Shown here piece after piece: positions 1 through 9,900 of a DNA stretch of 64,000 nt (position 1 is the first letter of the stretch; the number at the start of each line of letters is the position of its first letter). The notes under the pieces are model-generated. The model saw only the letters and a program-made list of their open reading frames with translations. It ran no database searches and was not told where the DNA came from. Location: positions 1 through 64,000 of the IMG/VR virus record IMGVR_UViG_3300042988_000341; one strand, 5' to 3'. A program made the position numbers and the translations under genes. Source of the DNA: a virus.

Positions 1-1
1 T

Positions 2-142
2 AATGGCTACCCGCTTAGTGCTTTAAGAAAAGCACTAAAATCTAACGGGGTAGTCAAATCAACATCAAAGAGGCTCTCCAAGGTAGAAGGTTGGTTAATA
101 CGCTATTTGGATAGTTTAGATAGCGCGGTAGATGTCGAGTAG
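2..142 (+). CDS. 3' end of a truncated ORF, possibly a homing-endonuclease C-terminal DNA-binding domain
   Basis: Open frame 2-142 reads NGYPLSALRKALKSNGVVKSTSKRLSKVEGWLIRYLD...; basic helix plus GW..RY ending resembles NUMOD1/IENR1-type tails; converges on and overlaps the gp47 3' end. Confidence 0.3.
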   Translation, partial: NGYPLSALRKALKSNGVVKSTSKRLSKVEGWLIRYLDSLDSAVDVE

Positions 143-1132
143 TAACTTTTTGTCAAATGCTCCCTCCTGGAGTTCATCGATTTGTTTCTGAATGATAGCA
201 TCGACTGATTCAAACTCAGTATTAGCGTAGTCAGTGCTATCAGTCTCTAAGTCTGTCTTCATGGGAATCAAAGTCATTTCGCGTAATCCGAATTGAGGCA
301 CTAATGTCTCTCGCAAAAATGCGCTCTCTTCGTAGCTCACCTCGATATCTAAGTTAACTTTAACATAACTGCCAGGAACAAGCAACTTTTCTGGTTCTTC
401 AAGCATCTGTGACAAATTGTAGATGCGATATTTTGGAGCTTGAGGCCAAATGTGGTACACCGGCTCTTCGTCCCATTCGAGTACCATCATGCCGCGATTG
501 TCGTCCCCCACATCCGAGAAGTTGTGCGGGAACGCATTGCCAATGTACGAGACATTGCCCTTGTGCTGGCGTTTGTGGAAGTGACCACTAAACACACGGT
601 CAAACTTTTTCAAGTGAGTTGTTTGTAATTCGCCATGGTCTGGCATTTCAATCATAGCATTCAAAATGAAGTGTGGTAGTTCAAAGTGACCAAACAGGTA
701 CTTGCCACTTTTCTGTTCAAGTTGCCGCCAATCTTCGCCAACTAACCAAGGAGCAATGACCACATTGCCCTGTTCGAACCAACCATCAACCACGGTTACA
801 TTCGGCAGATGCTTAGCCCACTCAACACTATGAACATCACGCTTGTCGCGGAAGAACAAGTCGTGATTACCGGCGATAAAGTACACATGATCAAACGCCT
901 TACTCAAACGCTCTAGCGCACTAAGGCCAAAGTGTAGCGTTTGAATATTGATAGCAGCGCGATTGTGATTCCAATCACCCAGGAAGAAGCAAGTCTCACA
1001 GCCCTCCTTCTTAGCATTGGCAATGAACCAATCAATGAAGTTGCTACAATCAGTATTGTGTTGTAAGGAGTTCGACTTCAACCCCCAATGGATGTCGGTG
1101 AAAACTGCTGCTTTTTTGAATAAGTTGCTCAT
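116..1132 (-). CDS. gp47: Mre11/SbcD-family recombination endonuclease subunit (T4 gp47-like)
   Basis: Metallophosphoesterase motifs FTDIH, LGDW, AGNHD, FGHFE, FSGHFH; adjacent to gp55 as in T4-like phages. Confidence 0.92.
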   Translation of the reverse strand: MSNLFKKAAVFTDIHWGLKSNSLQHNTDCSNFIDWFIANAKKEGCETCFFLGDWNHNRAAINIQTLHFGLSALERLSKAFDHVYFIAGNHDLFFRDKRDVHSVEWAKHLPNVTVVDGWFEQGNVVIAPWLVGEDWRQLEQKSGKYLFGHFELPHFILNAMIEMPDHGELQTTHLKKFDRVFSGHFHKRQHKGNVSYIGNAFPHNFSDVGDDNRGMMVLEWDEEPVYHIWPQAPKYRIYNLSQMLEEPEKLLVPGSYVKVNLDIEVSYEESAFLRETLVPQFGLREMTLIPMKTDLETDSTDYANTEFESVDAIIQKQIDELQEGAFDKKLLLDIYRAI

Positions 1133-1161
1133 TGAATGTATAGATAGTTATAACTCATATT

Positions 1162-1190
1162 AGTATAGCAAAAAGGGCGGAACAAGTCAA
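1162..1190 (-). promoter_or_regulatory. sigma70-type promoter for gp47
   Basis: Minus strand TTGACT-N17-TATACT with extended -10 TG. Confidence 0.75.
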
Positions 1191-1198
1191 CCCTTTTT
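1170..1198 (-). terminator. weak hairpin / possible terminator between gp55 and gp47
   Basis: AAAAAGGG...CCCTTTTT inverted repeat with 13-nt loop enclosing the -35 box; short GC stem. Confidence 0.3.
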
Positions 1199-1221
1199 GG
1201 AACTTAGTTTATCCGAACCGT

Positions 1222-2145
1222 TTAGTCGTTTCTTCGCATCTCTCTAGCATATTCGGATTGAAATTGCCGCGTGAATGATGGGGCGAGACCCGCAGATTCC
1301 ATGATGTCGTCTCTGATACTTTGACTTTTCTTTTCAGTATTGAGCACACGACAGAATGAGTTGTTGAGTACAGCGGTAAAGTACGCAAATGGATTGTTTG
1401 ACTTTGCTTCATTGAAGCGCAGTCCAACATAGGTAAGTTGGAGCACAGCACTACCGCGCATTTCATCGTTATACGAGTAGCCACGCCAGTTCCATTTTGT
1501 GCCATACTTCTCGCATAACTTCAAGTACATACGAGCAAGTGTATTGGTAATCTGGCCTTTGTCTCGTGCAAACTCGCCAGTCTTCATGTCACCTTCCCAA
1601 TGTGACTTGCCTACGCAGACCATACTGCCAACCGAATTCATTTTGAAGTGCTGAAATGGCGGGAAGTTCACGCGAATGTGGACCATGTCGCCCAATTCCG
1701 CCGCTGCTGGTAACGCTTCTTCCAACTCGGCAAACAAATCTTCACCGTCATCGTCGAACTGGATAATATCCTTAGCACTTTTCTTTTTTGTGACTTTCTT
1801 TGGGGCTTTCGGCGCTACTGGAATATGATCCCATGTCATCACACGGAAGATCAAGTCGGTGTCAGGGATGGTAGCAGGGTCAGTGGTGCCCTTGGTCAAT
1901 CCCAGCTCAAGATCGGTGCGTAGTGCCCGAGCTACTTTGGCTGCCTGAATAGTTTCAGGACGACTAGCATATTCTAAATTCACTTCTAAGTCGCTATTAT
2001 CTAAGTAATCAACGATGAAGTCATACTGATGATACTCGGGCTTGGTATAAGAGCAGTAAGTGTTCTTACTCTTATGAATTTCGACTAAAATGTCTTTGTT
2101 GTTGAGGTAGTTCTTGGGTTTTGTTGGCGTTATTGTTGTAGTCAT
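1222..2145 (-). CDS. gp55: late-transcription sigma factor (T4 gp55-like) with large internal insertion
   Basis: NYLNNKDIL N-terminus; C-terminal WRGYSYNDEM...RFNEAKSNNPFAYFTAVLNNSF motif typical of gp55; start placed at ATG 2145, downstream of the promoter. Confidence 0.88.
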   Translation of the reverse strand: MTTTITPTKPKNYLNNKDILVEIHKSKNTYCSYTKPEYHQYDFIVDYLDNSDLEVNLEYASRPETIQAAKVARALRTDLELGLTKGTTDPATIPDTDLIFRVMTWDHIPVAPKAPKKVTKKKSAKDIIQFDDDGEDLFAELEEALPAAAELGDMVHIRVNFPPFQHFKMNSVGSMVCVGKSHWEGDMKTGEFARDKGQITNTLARMYLKLCEKYGTKWNWRGYSYNDEMRGSAVLQLTYVGLRFNEAKSNNPFAYFTAVLNNSFCRVLNTEKKSQSIRDDIMESAGLAPSFTRQFQSEYAREMRRND

Positions 2146-2155
2146 AGATAGTTCC

Positions 2156-2183
2156 AGTATAGCATAGAAGCGAGTATTGTCAA
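2156..2183 (-). promoter_or_regulatory. sigma70-type promoter for gp55
   Basis: Minus strand TTGACA-N16-TATACT with extended -10 TG. Confidence 0.7.
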
Positions 2184-2228
2184 GTGAAAATGGTAAATTT
2201 CTACTTGACAAAAACTACAAATGGCACA

Positions 2229-2246
2229 TATTTATGCTGATAAATA
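2229..2246. promoter_or_regulatory. back-to-back late promoter boxes
   Basis: CATAAATA on minus (2229-2236) and GATAAATA on plus (2239-2246), variants of the T4 late TATAAATA box, at the divergence point. Confidence 0.7.
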
Positions 2247-2267
2247 CTAAAAAGGACAATCACAATT

Positions 2268-3596
2268 ATGGCAGCATCATCAACTACGGTATCTAACGAA
2301 GATCCAGAAGTAGCAGCACGAGCGGCAAGACAAGCTGAGATGGACGCACAAATTGCTGCGGTCAAGGCAGCACAAGACGCTAATGCTCCTCCAAAAGATC
2401 CAGCTGTATTAGCACAAGAAGCAAAGAATGCAGCCGATATAGCAGCACTAGAAGCTACGAGAGCTAGCACTCAACCACAACCATCTCAAAGTGAGATGAT
2501 TGCTGCTTTAAAAGCAGAGCAAGACAAAATCAACGCGGCGAATGGAGTCAAGCCAACAACTATTACTGACGAAGAAGCGGCGGCAGTTCAGGCAGCCGCC
2601 GCAGCGCAGGGCCCGATTATAGTTCCGCTATCACAAGTCAACAAATCAACAGTTGTACCCGATGATGACCCTCGAGCAGTAGCACTAAAAACAGCGCAAG
2701 CAAAAACTGCTGCTGACTTAGCTGCTTCTGGTAAAGGGAAAGTAAATACGGAAGCAAACGAAGTTGTCACTACCGCACCTAAGCCGCCATCAGTGAAATA
2801 TCCGGTAGCTCCAGACTGGCGTTTCAGAGTGTCGCTTGCTCCTAACGCAGATTATTTCTACAATGCCGCTGATGCCGGCATCTTAGCACCACTCAAATCG
2901 ACAAAAGGCGTGATTTTCCCGTATACTCCAACAGTATCAGTATCGTATGTTGCTAAGTACGACACACAGACACCAACGCACAGTAACTTTTCAATCAACA
3001 ACTATCAGCATAGTTCAGTAGAGCAAGTCACTGTCACTGGAGACTTCACCGCGCAAGACATCCAAGAAGCAAACTACTTACTTGCTACAATTCACTTCTT
3101 TAAGAGCGCTACTAAGATGTTCTACGGTAAAGACAAAACCCCAGCCCGTGGCGTACCACCACCGCTGCTGTACTTGTCTGGCTTCGGTCAGTATCAGTTC
3201 GACAATCATCCTGTCGTACTGACTAACTTCACATACACTCTACCAGTAGATGTTGATTATATCAACGCTTACCCCAATGGCACAAAAGTCGGCGTCAACG
3301 GCGCTCAGCTAGCAGCATTCAATCAACAAAAGAAGACAGGTGACATCAGAGCGTTCATCGAGCGATTGAAGGCCGCCGTCACTAAAGGCAGTAAGAAGGG
3401 CGGAGGTGCTGAGGGAGCTGCGCCGACACTCTCGCAATCGTTGACCCGTGTGCCCACTAAGATTAGTATTTCTCTTACATTTCAACCCATCGTTACTCGC
3501 AATGCGATAAGTAACGAGTTCAGTCTCAAAGACTACGCTAGTGGCAAATTACTACGCGGCAGTCAAAACAAAAATACAGGCGGAGGTATCTGGTAA
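2268..3596 (+). CDS. putative baseplate/tail-tube-initiator-like structural protein with Ala-rich N-terminal extension
   Basis: First gene of structural block; C-terminal half has GVIFPYTP...PPPLLYLSGFG...PVVLTNFTYTLP tube-fold-like pattern; late promoter upstream. Confidence 0.55.
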   Translation: MAASSTTVSNEDPEVAARAARQAEMDAQIAAVKAAQDANAPPKDPAVLAQEAKNAADIAALEATRASTQPQPSQSEMIAALKAEQDKINAANGVKPTTITDEEAAAVQAAAAAQGPIIVPLSQVNKSTVVPDDDPRAVALKTAQAKTAADLAASGKGKVNTEANEVVTTAPKPPSVKYPVAPDWRFRVSLAPNADYFYNAADAGILAPLKSTKGVIFPYTPTVSVSYVAKYDTQTPTHSNFSINNYQHSSVEQVTVTGDFTAQDIQEANYLLATIHFFKSATKMFYGKDKTPARGVPPPLLYLSGFGQYQFDNHPVVLTNFTYTLPVDVDYINAYPNGTKVGVNGAQLAAFNQQKKTGDIRAFIERLKAAVTKGSKKGGGAEGAAPTLSQSLTRVPTKISISLTFQPIVTRNAISNEFSLKDYASGKLLRGSQNKNTGGGIW

Positions 3597-3895
3597 TGGG
3601 CTACTCAGCATCAAGTCCGTATCACACGAGTAAAATCGTCAACGGCAAGTTTTTAGATGTAATGATCAATCGCCCTATTCCAGGCGACGGTGGTGATTAT
3701 TACTGGACAATCGAGCCCGCGTACAATCATCGTCCTGATTTACTAGCTAGTCATCTTTACGATGACAGTAAATTGTGGTGGGTGTTCGCTCAGCGAAATC
3801 CTAATACGCTGAAAGACCCTCTTGGTGACTTCACTACGGGTACGCAAATCTACATACCGAATGTTGATACATTAAAAGCAACGCTAGGATTGTAA
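3596..3895 (+). CDS. gp53: LysM-like baseplate wedge protein (gp53/tail X-like)
   Basis: HRPDLLASHLYDDSKLWWVFAQRN...G.QIYIP motif; 99 aa; lies upstream of hub and spike genes. Confidence 0.75.
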   Translation: MGYSASSPYHTSKIVNGKFLDVMINRPIPGDGGDYYWTIEPAYNHRPDLLASHLYDDSKLWWVFAQRNPNTLKDPLGDFTTGTQIYIPNVDTLKATLGL

Positions 3896-3898
3896 GAG

Positions 3899-6661
3899 AT
3901 GACATCATCTGAATTTAGACAAGCGCTTAGTGACTATCAAACACTAACGGCAAAATCAAGAGCTGCTGATAATAGTGATGCTGGTATCCTTGCTCAACTG
4001 AAGGAAGTACTATCTAGACTTCAAACTGCCGACAGTGAAGGATACGAAGGAGCCTCGTCCGCCGCCAGTGATGTGAACTCATACATATCACTAATTCAGT
4101 CAAAGTTGGACACTAATGCTGCAGCTGCTACCGCAGCAGCCAAGAAAACAGCCGATGATGTAGCCGCAAACAAAACAAATGTAGCAGAGAACAAAAAAAC
4201 AGAAGATGCTACCACTAGTGCTACCACAGCATCAACTGCGGGGCAAGCAAGCGGAGTTACGCCAAAAGCAACAACACCGGCCAGCACCGCCAAACAATCG
4301 ACGACTGCTGGCGCAGACTACACTGGTCCGCAAATCCCTGGCGTGAGAATGATCAACCCACTTAGTCAGTTCAGTAGCTACACATACTCTCTTGTGTTGT
4401 ACATGATGACTCCGGAAGCATTCACGAACTTCACTCTTGCCGGTGGCTCAATGTCTGGCATCAAGGGCAAGGGCAAAGGCGTGTACATCGTAGCACAAAG
4501 CGGCGGCATCAACGGCGATATTGAAGATCGAGCAATCACGTTCTCTGGAAAACTGGGCGATGGAGAAGCTGGTCTAGACTACTTCATCGATGATCTCACG
4601 ATAGTTAACATCATGCCAGCCGGCGGCGGTGATGGCGCCACTGCTAGTACTGAATTCAAATTCAAGATCATTCAGCCTACCGGATTCAGCTTCGTGCAGG
4701 ACATAGGCAAAACTAGTCGAGCGATTAATCTCGAAAGTAAAATCACAACAAATACCACAATCAATCCACTTGATCAATTCTATGTTCTAGGCATCAAATT
4801 CTACGGCTACGATGTCAACGGCACAGTAATGTCCGCGACAAGTCCGGAGGTGGCTGGATACGACAATGGCGGCAGCGACGGGGACAAGAATGCGGTAATT
4901 CAACGATACTTCGGCATCAAAATCAACGGCATGAAGTTCAAGCTAGATAACAAAGTCACTCACTACGACATGACAGCAGTACCGGCTAGTGATACATTTG
5001 CATATGGCACAATAAACAGTACGATCAAAAAAGATTTCACAATTGCAGCAGGCACAGTAGCGGAAGCTCTTGGCGCAGTGACTGGCGCGGGTATCAGAGG
5101 CTTGTCTGAGGTACTCAACAACGAGGGCAAAGATCAAAAAGATCGCGGCGTAATCGATACGCCGACAAAGTACACATTCGAGTTCTATGATGAAGATGGC
5201 AAAAAAGTGTCGCCTACTGAGAGCGTGATCGGCAAGAGTGGTCTAGTTGACAAGACGATAGCAACAGCAGACAATGCTCCTGTGTCAACTGCTACTGACT
5301 TGAGTAAAGTAACCATCGCTGACAGTTACAAAGCTGGAAGTATCCCCAAAGGCAAGAAAAGTATCTCTGTGCCTGCTGGCACAAGTCTAGTAAGCGTAGT
5401 TGATAACATCATCGTCAAAAGTAATTTTATTAGTGATGCTTTAACAAAAACAATCAGTCAGGACGCAGAAGCGCAATCTGTCAAAAAATCACCCACCGCC
5501 ACACTACAGTGGTACTCATTATCGCCGTACGCTGTGCCACGCGCCCGAGAAAACGGCAACTGGGTCTGTGACCTCACATACCAGATTCGTCCATTCTCTG
5601 TGCCGTACCTACGTAGTGACATCGTGGGTGCTACTAGCAAATATACTGGCCCGTACAAATTCTATCACTATTACTTTACGGGTCAAAACAGCGAAGTATT
5701 AGAATACTCACAACAGTTTGATAACTTGTTCTTCATGTTAGCTGACATGCCTACTAACCCAGACGCTGATCCGGTTGACAAGCCAAAAGACAACACACCT
5801 AGAGCTGTATCAAACGCAGTGGAGGGCTCTAACAATTCAGGCAACAATAACAAAGCAGGTCAACTAAACGACATGGTCAAAGCTCAGTTGTACAGTCCAG
5901 CAGATACAAACAAAGCAAAGTTAAAAATTCTAGGCGATCCTGATTACTTAGCTACTAACATCGGGGTGACATATCAACCAGGCACAAAGTATTTCAACAA
6001 AGATAGAAGCATCAACATCAACAGTGGCCAAGTGTTCATTCAGTTGAACTTCAATACGGCTACTGATTATGGCATAAATGACGCCGGCGATCAAACAGGA
6101 ACTGGCCTACTCAATGTTAGTGACAAAGTTCAATTTTACGAATCAACGTCAGCAAAAGACGCCGGTATAGACGGGATTGTCTTCAATGTTATTAGAGTGG
6201 TAAGTACTCTATCTAAAGGAGTATTTCTACAAACGCTTGAATGTAAAGTGCCGCCCCTTGAAGACCTTATTGGACCAGGCAACGCAAAATCATCACTGGA
6301 TGCCAGCGGTAGAATGAATGCGGAGTCTGATCCTCGAGTATCTGCCGCAGCATCTCAATCAGTGCCAGTCAACAATGCCTCGTCAGCCACAGCAGCGAAT
6401 GGACCGGCATCAGGCGGGAATGCTAGTGAAGCAAAGACAGCAGTAGACACAAGAACTACTAATACTCCACCGACCACAGTGACTAAGAAAGAAGACACCA
6501 CCAGTGATGCGAAGGACGCTGGTAGTACCGCGAATACTAGTTCATCAAAGCAAGCAACTTCTAGTCCTGTCAATAACACACTACAGGGTTCAACGGTACT
6601 AGATGATACCGTGACCGCAAAAACGCCACCACAGAGTGAAGATACCAACCAACGAGCATAA
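3899..6661 (+). CDS. putative baseplate hub protein (gp27/late-control-D-like) with low-complexity termini
   Basis: NPLSQFSSYTY N-core and AKLKILGDPDYL...FLQTLEC C-core; position between gp53 and gp5. Confidence 0.6.
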   Translation: MTSSEFRQALSDYQTLTAKSRAADNSDAGILAQLKEVLSRLQTADSEGYEGASSAASDVNSYISLIQSKLDTNAAAATAAAKKTADDVAANKTNVAENKKTEDATTSATTASTAGQASGVTPKATTPASTAKQSTTAGADYTGPQIPGVRMINPLSQFSSYTYSLVLYMMTPEAFTNFTLAGGSMSGIKGKGKGVYIVAQSGGINGDIEDRAITFSGKLGDGEAGLDYFIDDLTIVNIMPAGGGDGATASTEFKFKIIQPTGFSFVQDIGKTSRAINLESKITTNTTINPLDQFYVLGIKFYGYDVNGTVMSATSPEVAGYDNGGSDGDKNAVIQRYFGIKINGMKFKLDNKVTHYDMTAVPASDTFAYGTINSTIKKDFTIAAGTVAEALGAVTGAGIRGLSEVLNNEGKDQKDRGVIDTPTKYTFEFYDEDGKKVSPTESVIGKSGLVDKTIATADNAPVSTATDLSKVTIADSYKAGSIPKGKKSISVPAGTSLVSVVDNIIVKSNFISDALTKTISQDAEAQSVKKSPTATLQWYSLSPYAVPRARENGNWVCDLTYQIRPFSVPYLRSDIVGATSKYTGPYKFYHYYFTGQNSEVLEYSQQFDNLFFMLADMPTNPDADPVDKPKDNTPRAVSNAVEGSNNSGNNNKAGQLNDMVKAQLYSPADTNKAKLKILGDPDYLATNIGVTYQPGTKYFNKDRSININSGQVFIQLNFNTATDYGINDAGDQTGTGLLNVSDKVQFYESTSAKDAGIDGIVFNVIRVVSTLSKGVFLQTLECKVPPLEDLIGPGNAKSSLDASGRMNAESDPRVSAAASQSVPVNNASSATAANGPASGGNASEAKTAVDTRTTNTPPTTVTKKEDTTSDAKDAGSTANTSSSKQATSSPVNNTLQGSTVLDDTVTAKTPPQSEDTNQRA

Positions 6662-6663
6662 TC

Positions 6664-8118
6664 ATGGCAACTAACGCACAACATAAGAGTCAAAAACCAA
6701 CCAAAGCATATGCCGAATCAGGAGCCGGAAATAAATCAGGCCCGTTCATCGGCGTAGTAAAGAATAATGTGGACAAAACTCGCAGCGGCAAGATCGAAGT
6801 CTATATCGCGGCATTCGGTGGCAGTGATCCTGATTCATCCAACAACTGGACGCCCGTTAGTTATATGAGTCCATTCATCGGCATCTCTAGTTCCGGTAAA
6901 AATCCAAAATCTGGTCCAGATAAATCGGGAGATGGCGGCTATTTGGGCAACCCAAATAGTTACGGATTCTGGGCTTCAAGTCCAGACATTGGAACAGAAG
7001 TAGTGTGTATCTTCATCAACGGTAACAAGGGTCAAGGTTACTATATCGGATGTGTGCCGAAAGTCGGCTTACTCCAGATGGTCCCGGCGATCGGAGCCTC
7101 ATCAAAAGTAAAACCAAACGATGGTGAAGCTGGCGCATACGCGGGAGCCAATCGACTACCGACAAGTGAAATTAATACAGCTAACCCTAGCGTAAGAAAC
7201 AGTAGTCAGCCTTATAACGAAACTAAGCCCGTTCATAGCTACCAAGCAAGCATCTTAGCACAGCAAGGTCTAATCAGAGATGACATCAGAGGCGTCATTG
7301 GAAGCAGCGCTCAGCGCGAATCACCTAGTAGAGTATTCGGTATCTCAACGCCTGGCGGCGCGATCTATGATGGCGGCTACAACGCAGCGACATTGGGCAC
7401 AGCAGTGAAGAACGGCGTGGACCCCAGTAAGCTCAAGCAACTAGGCAGAACGGGCGGTCATACATTCGTTATGGACGACGGCTCATTACAGGGAAAAGAT
7501 CAGCACATCAGACTACGAACAGCGGGCGGACATCAAATCACAATGAGTGATAGCGGTCAAGCTCTGTTCATTACACACGCTAACGGTCAGAGTTGGGTAG
7601 AGTTGGGCAAAGAGGGCACGGTAGATATCTACTCAACTAACTCATTCAATGTAAGAACTCAGGGAGATATAAACTTTCACGCTGATAGAGATATCAACAT
7701 GCACGCTGGTAGAAATATGAATGTCAACGCCGAGTCTATTAATCACGAGAGTAAAAAAGATTATTCAATAAGAGCAGGCGGCGCATTTGCAGGCTATACT
7801 ACGGGTTCATTCTCATTCAAAGCAGATGCTAGTATTGCTATGACCGCGGGAGGCGGTGCTGGAATAAAATCAGGCGGTGTCTTGTCACTGAAGGGCGACA
7901 AATTGAACTTGAATTCAGATAGTCCATCAGAAGCTCAGGCGGTAGCAGCCATGTCAAAGACTAATCACACTGATACACTTTTTAGTGAATCAAAAGGATG
8001 GCTATCAGCATCTCCTAATCTAGAGAGCATCGCGACTAGAGTACCAACGCATCAACCGTACATTGGCAGCGGCACCGGACTTGATATACCATTCAACAAC
8101 GTAGCAGGAGGAAGCTAA
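6664..8118 (+). CDS. gp5: baseplate central spike (gp5/VgrG-like OB-fold plus beta-helix), no lysozyme domain seen
   Basis: GVVKNNVD..RSGKIEVYI, SYGFW..PDIGTEV.CIF OB-fold; GHTFVMDD, RLRTAGGHQI and beta-helix repeats. Confidence 0.8.
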   Translation: MATNAQHKSQKPTKAYAESGAGNKSGPFIGVVKNNVDKTRSGKIEVYIAAFGGSDPDSSNNWTPVSYMSPFIGISSSGKNPKSGPDKSGDGGYLGNPNSYGFWASSPDIGTEVVCIFINGNKGQGYYIGCVPKVGLLQMVPAIGASSKVKPNDGEAGAYAGANRLPTSEINTANPSVRNSSQPYNETKPVHSYQASILAQQGLIRDDIRGVIGSSAQRESPSRVFGISTPGGAIYDGGYNAATLGTAVKNGVDPSKLKQLGRTGGHTFVMDDGSLQGKDQHIRLRTAGGHQITMSDSGQALFITHANGQSWVELGKEGTVDIYSTNSFNVRTQGDINFHADRDINMHAGRNMNVNAESINHESKKDYSIRAGGAFAGYTTGSFSFKADASIAMTAGGGAGIKSGGVLSLKGDKLNLNSDSPSEAQAVAAMSKTNHTDTLFSESKGWLSASPNLESIATRVPTHQPYIGSGTGLDIPFNNVAGGS

Positions 8119-8120
8119 TC

Positions 8121-9893
8121 ATGCCTACACCACTAATCAACACATTAAACACATCAACGCCCGCCGTGCCGGCAAACCCAGTAACTGCGGCCGAGCTTAA
8201 TGCCGCGCCAATATCAACCGCTACCGCTGGTCCACTATCGTCTACAGCAGTACAAGCAATAACTGCTCAGATGGCAGTCAATGTACAGAAATTATCCAGC
8301 GACGACCAGAAATCAGCTGGCGTTATCAATAGTACTACCGGCGTGACCGCAACGCAACTAGAAGCCGCGGGAACTATAGCTCCTGGTTCGGGTTCATTAA
8401 CCGCAATGCTAATCAGTAAAGGCATGTCACCAACAAAGGCACTAGATGGAGTAATGACTGGTTCTGGCGGCGCTACATCTTCCGCCACATTAGTTAACAA
8501 CATCCAACCGCAGACAAAAGCAATAGAGACTGTATTATCAAAATCAGCAGCATCTCTTCAAACAAGTGGGATACTTACCGGCAAAGAAAGTTCAGCACAA
8601 GCAGGCGGCCCAATTATGGCGGCGGCAGTTCTTGGAGTAGGAGCAGTTACAAAACTATTAAGTAGTAGTAGTCCGTCATCAGGTCTAGGTATCAAGATGC
8701 CAAATTCAGTAGGCAGTTTATCTGATATGTTCTCAAGCGGTAAGTCTGCGGGCGGTATGGCAGATAAACTAACTTCTGGTGGAATCGCTACTAGCATCAG
8801 TGGCATGATGGATTCTGCGACAAAATCAGCAACTGGTGCCCTAAATGGACTAAAAAGCACAGCGGAAAAGGCATTCTCGTCAGTAGAAAGTTCTTTTGTA
8901 TCATTAAAGGGAGGAGTAACGAACACCCTAGGCAAAGTCTCAGCATCTGCTAGTGCTATTAAACTCAGTGATGCTTCACTAGCAAACAAAAAAGTAGAAG
9001 AAACAAAAGCAGAAGTAGCAGCATTAGAAGAAGCTGTGCTTGATGCTAAGAAAAAATACAGAGAAGATGATTCAGAAACGAACTCATTAGCTCTTGCTAC
9101 AGCAGAAAAAAACCTAGCTGCGGCAAAGCAAAAGCAAGCAAAAGCAAGCACTAGTTTTCTATCTTCGGCGACAGCAAGTATGCCAAGTATGTCATCAATA
9201 AGCAACACTCTTAACTCTGGTATCAATGCTCTGCCTGGAGGCATTGGTGCCTTCGCAACTCAAGTGTCGTCGAAAGGCGGCAACCCACTAACATCAATAA
9301 TGTCTGCTACTAAATCTGCCAGCGGCAGTAGTTCATCATTTGACCTGTCTAAAAGCGCTGGCAATATCATGGCCAGCGTTAACAGTACCATAAGTAGCTC
9401 AATGAAGACTGCGATGGGCACTGCTGACAGTGCTTTGAAATCAGCACAAACAGCAGCGAGTGGCATGATGGGACAACTAGAAACAAGCCTAGCATCGATC
9501 GGCTCAGCGGCAGGCCAAATAAAAATGCCAGTTATGTCCGGAGATGCCACGGCAAAGTCAGCAAAGGCATCAATGACCGCAGTACAAGGCAAGTTACTAG
9601 GCGATCCAAAAATTCCAAGACCGGGCGCAGTGACTAATGATACAGAATCGACAGAAGATCCTGATGAAGCAGTCAACAAACAAGCAACCGCACTGGCCGC
9701 CATTGAGGATAAGCAGTCTGCTGTTGACATCATTGATCAGAAAATAGGCGCAATATTTGAAAAAATAGCAGCTAAAACTATTAGTCAGGACGATGGCTAC
9801 TCTCAGATCAGTAAACTTCAAGCTGAGTTAGATACTGCCCAAGAGCAATTAGCTATTGCTCAGGGTAAGTATCAGGCTACAGTTAGCGCATAA
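8121..9893 (+). CDS. Ala/Ser-rich, partly coiled-coil structural protein of unknown function
   Basis: 590-aa ORF with RBS (GGAGG) in the structural operon between gp5 and gp25. Confidence 0.6.
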   Translation: MPTPLINTLNTSTPAVPANPVTAAELNAAPISTATAGPLSSTAVQAITAQMAVNVQKLSSDDQKSAGVINSTTGVTATQLEAAGTIAPGSGSLTAMLISKGMSPTKALDGVMTGSGGATSSATLVNNIQPQTKAIETVLSKSAASLQTSGILTGKESSAQAGGPIMAAAVLGVGAVTKLLSSSSPSSGLGIKMPNSVGSLSDMFSSGKSAGGMADKLTSGGIATSISGMMDSATKSATGALNGLKSTAEKAFSSVESSFVSLKGGVTNTLGKVSASASAIKLSDASLANKKVEETKAEVAALEEAVLDAKKKYREDDSETNSLALATAEKNLAAAKQKQAKASTSFLSSATASMPSMSSISNTLNSGINALPGGIGAFATQVSSKGGNPLTSIMSATKSASGSSSSFDLSKSAGNIMASVNSTISSSMKTAMGTADSALKSAQTAASGMMGQLETSLASIGSAAGQIKMPVMSGDATAKSAKASMTAVQGKLLGDPKIPRPGAVTNDTESTEDPDEAVNKQATALAAIEDKQSAVDIIDQKIGAIFEKIAAKTISQDDGYSQISKLQAELDTAQEQLAIAQGKYQATVSA

Positions 9894-9896
9894 ATA
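9889..9896 (+). promoter_or_regulatory. late promoter box
   Basis: CATAAATA 4 nt upstream of gp25 ATG (9901). Confidence 0.6.
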
Positions 9897-9900
9897 CATC

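Noticed and set aside
9856-9900. Track's upstream starts for gp25 (9856), gp55 (2211), GT (42286) and sulfotransferase (48435)
   Set aside because: They overlap upstream genes or promoters; downstream ATGs fit promoter position, operon coupling and domain starts better
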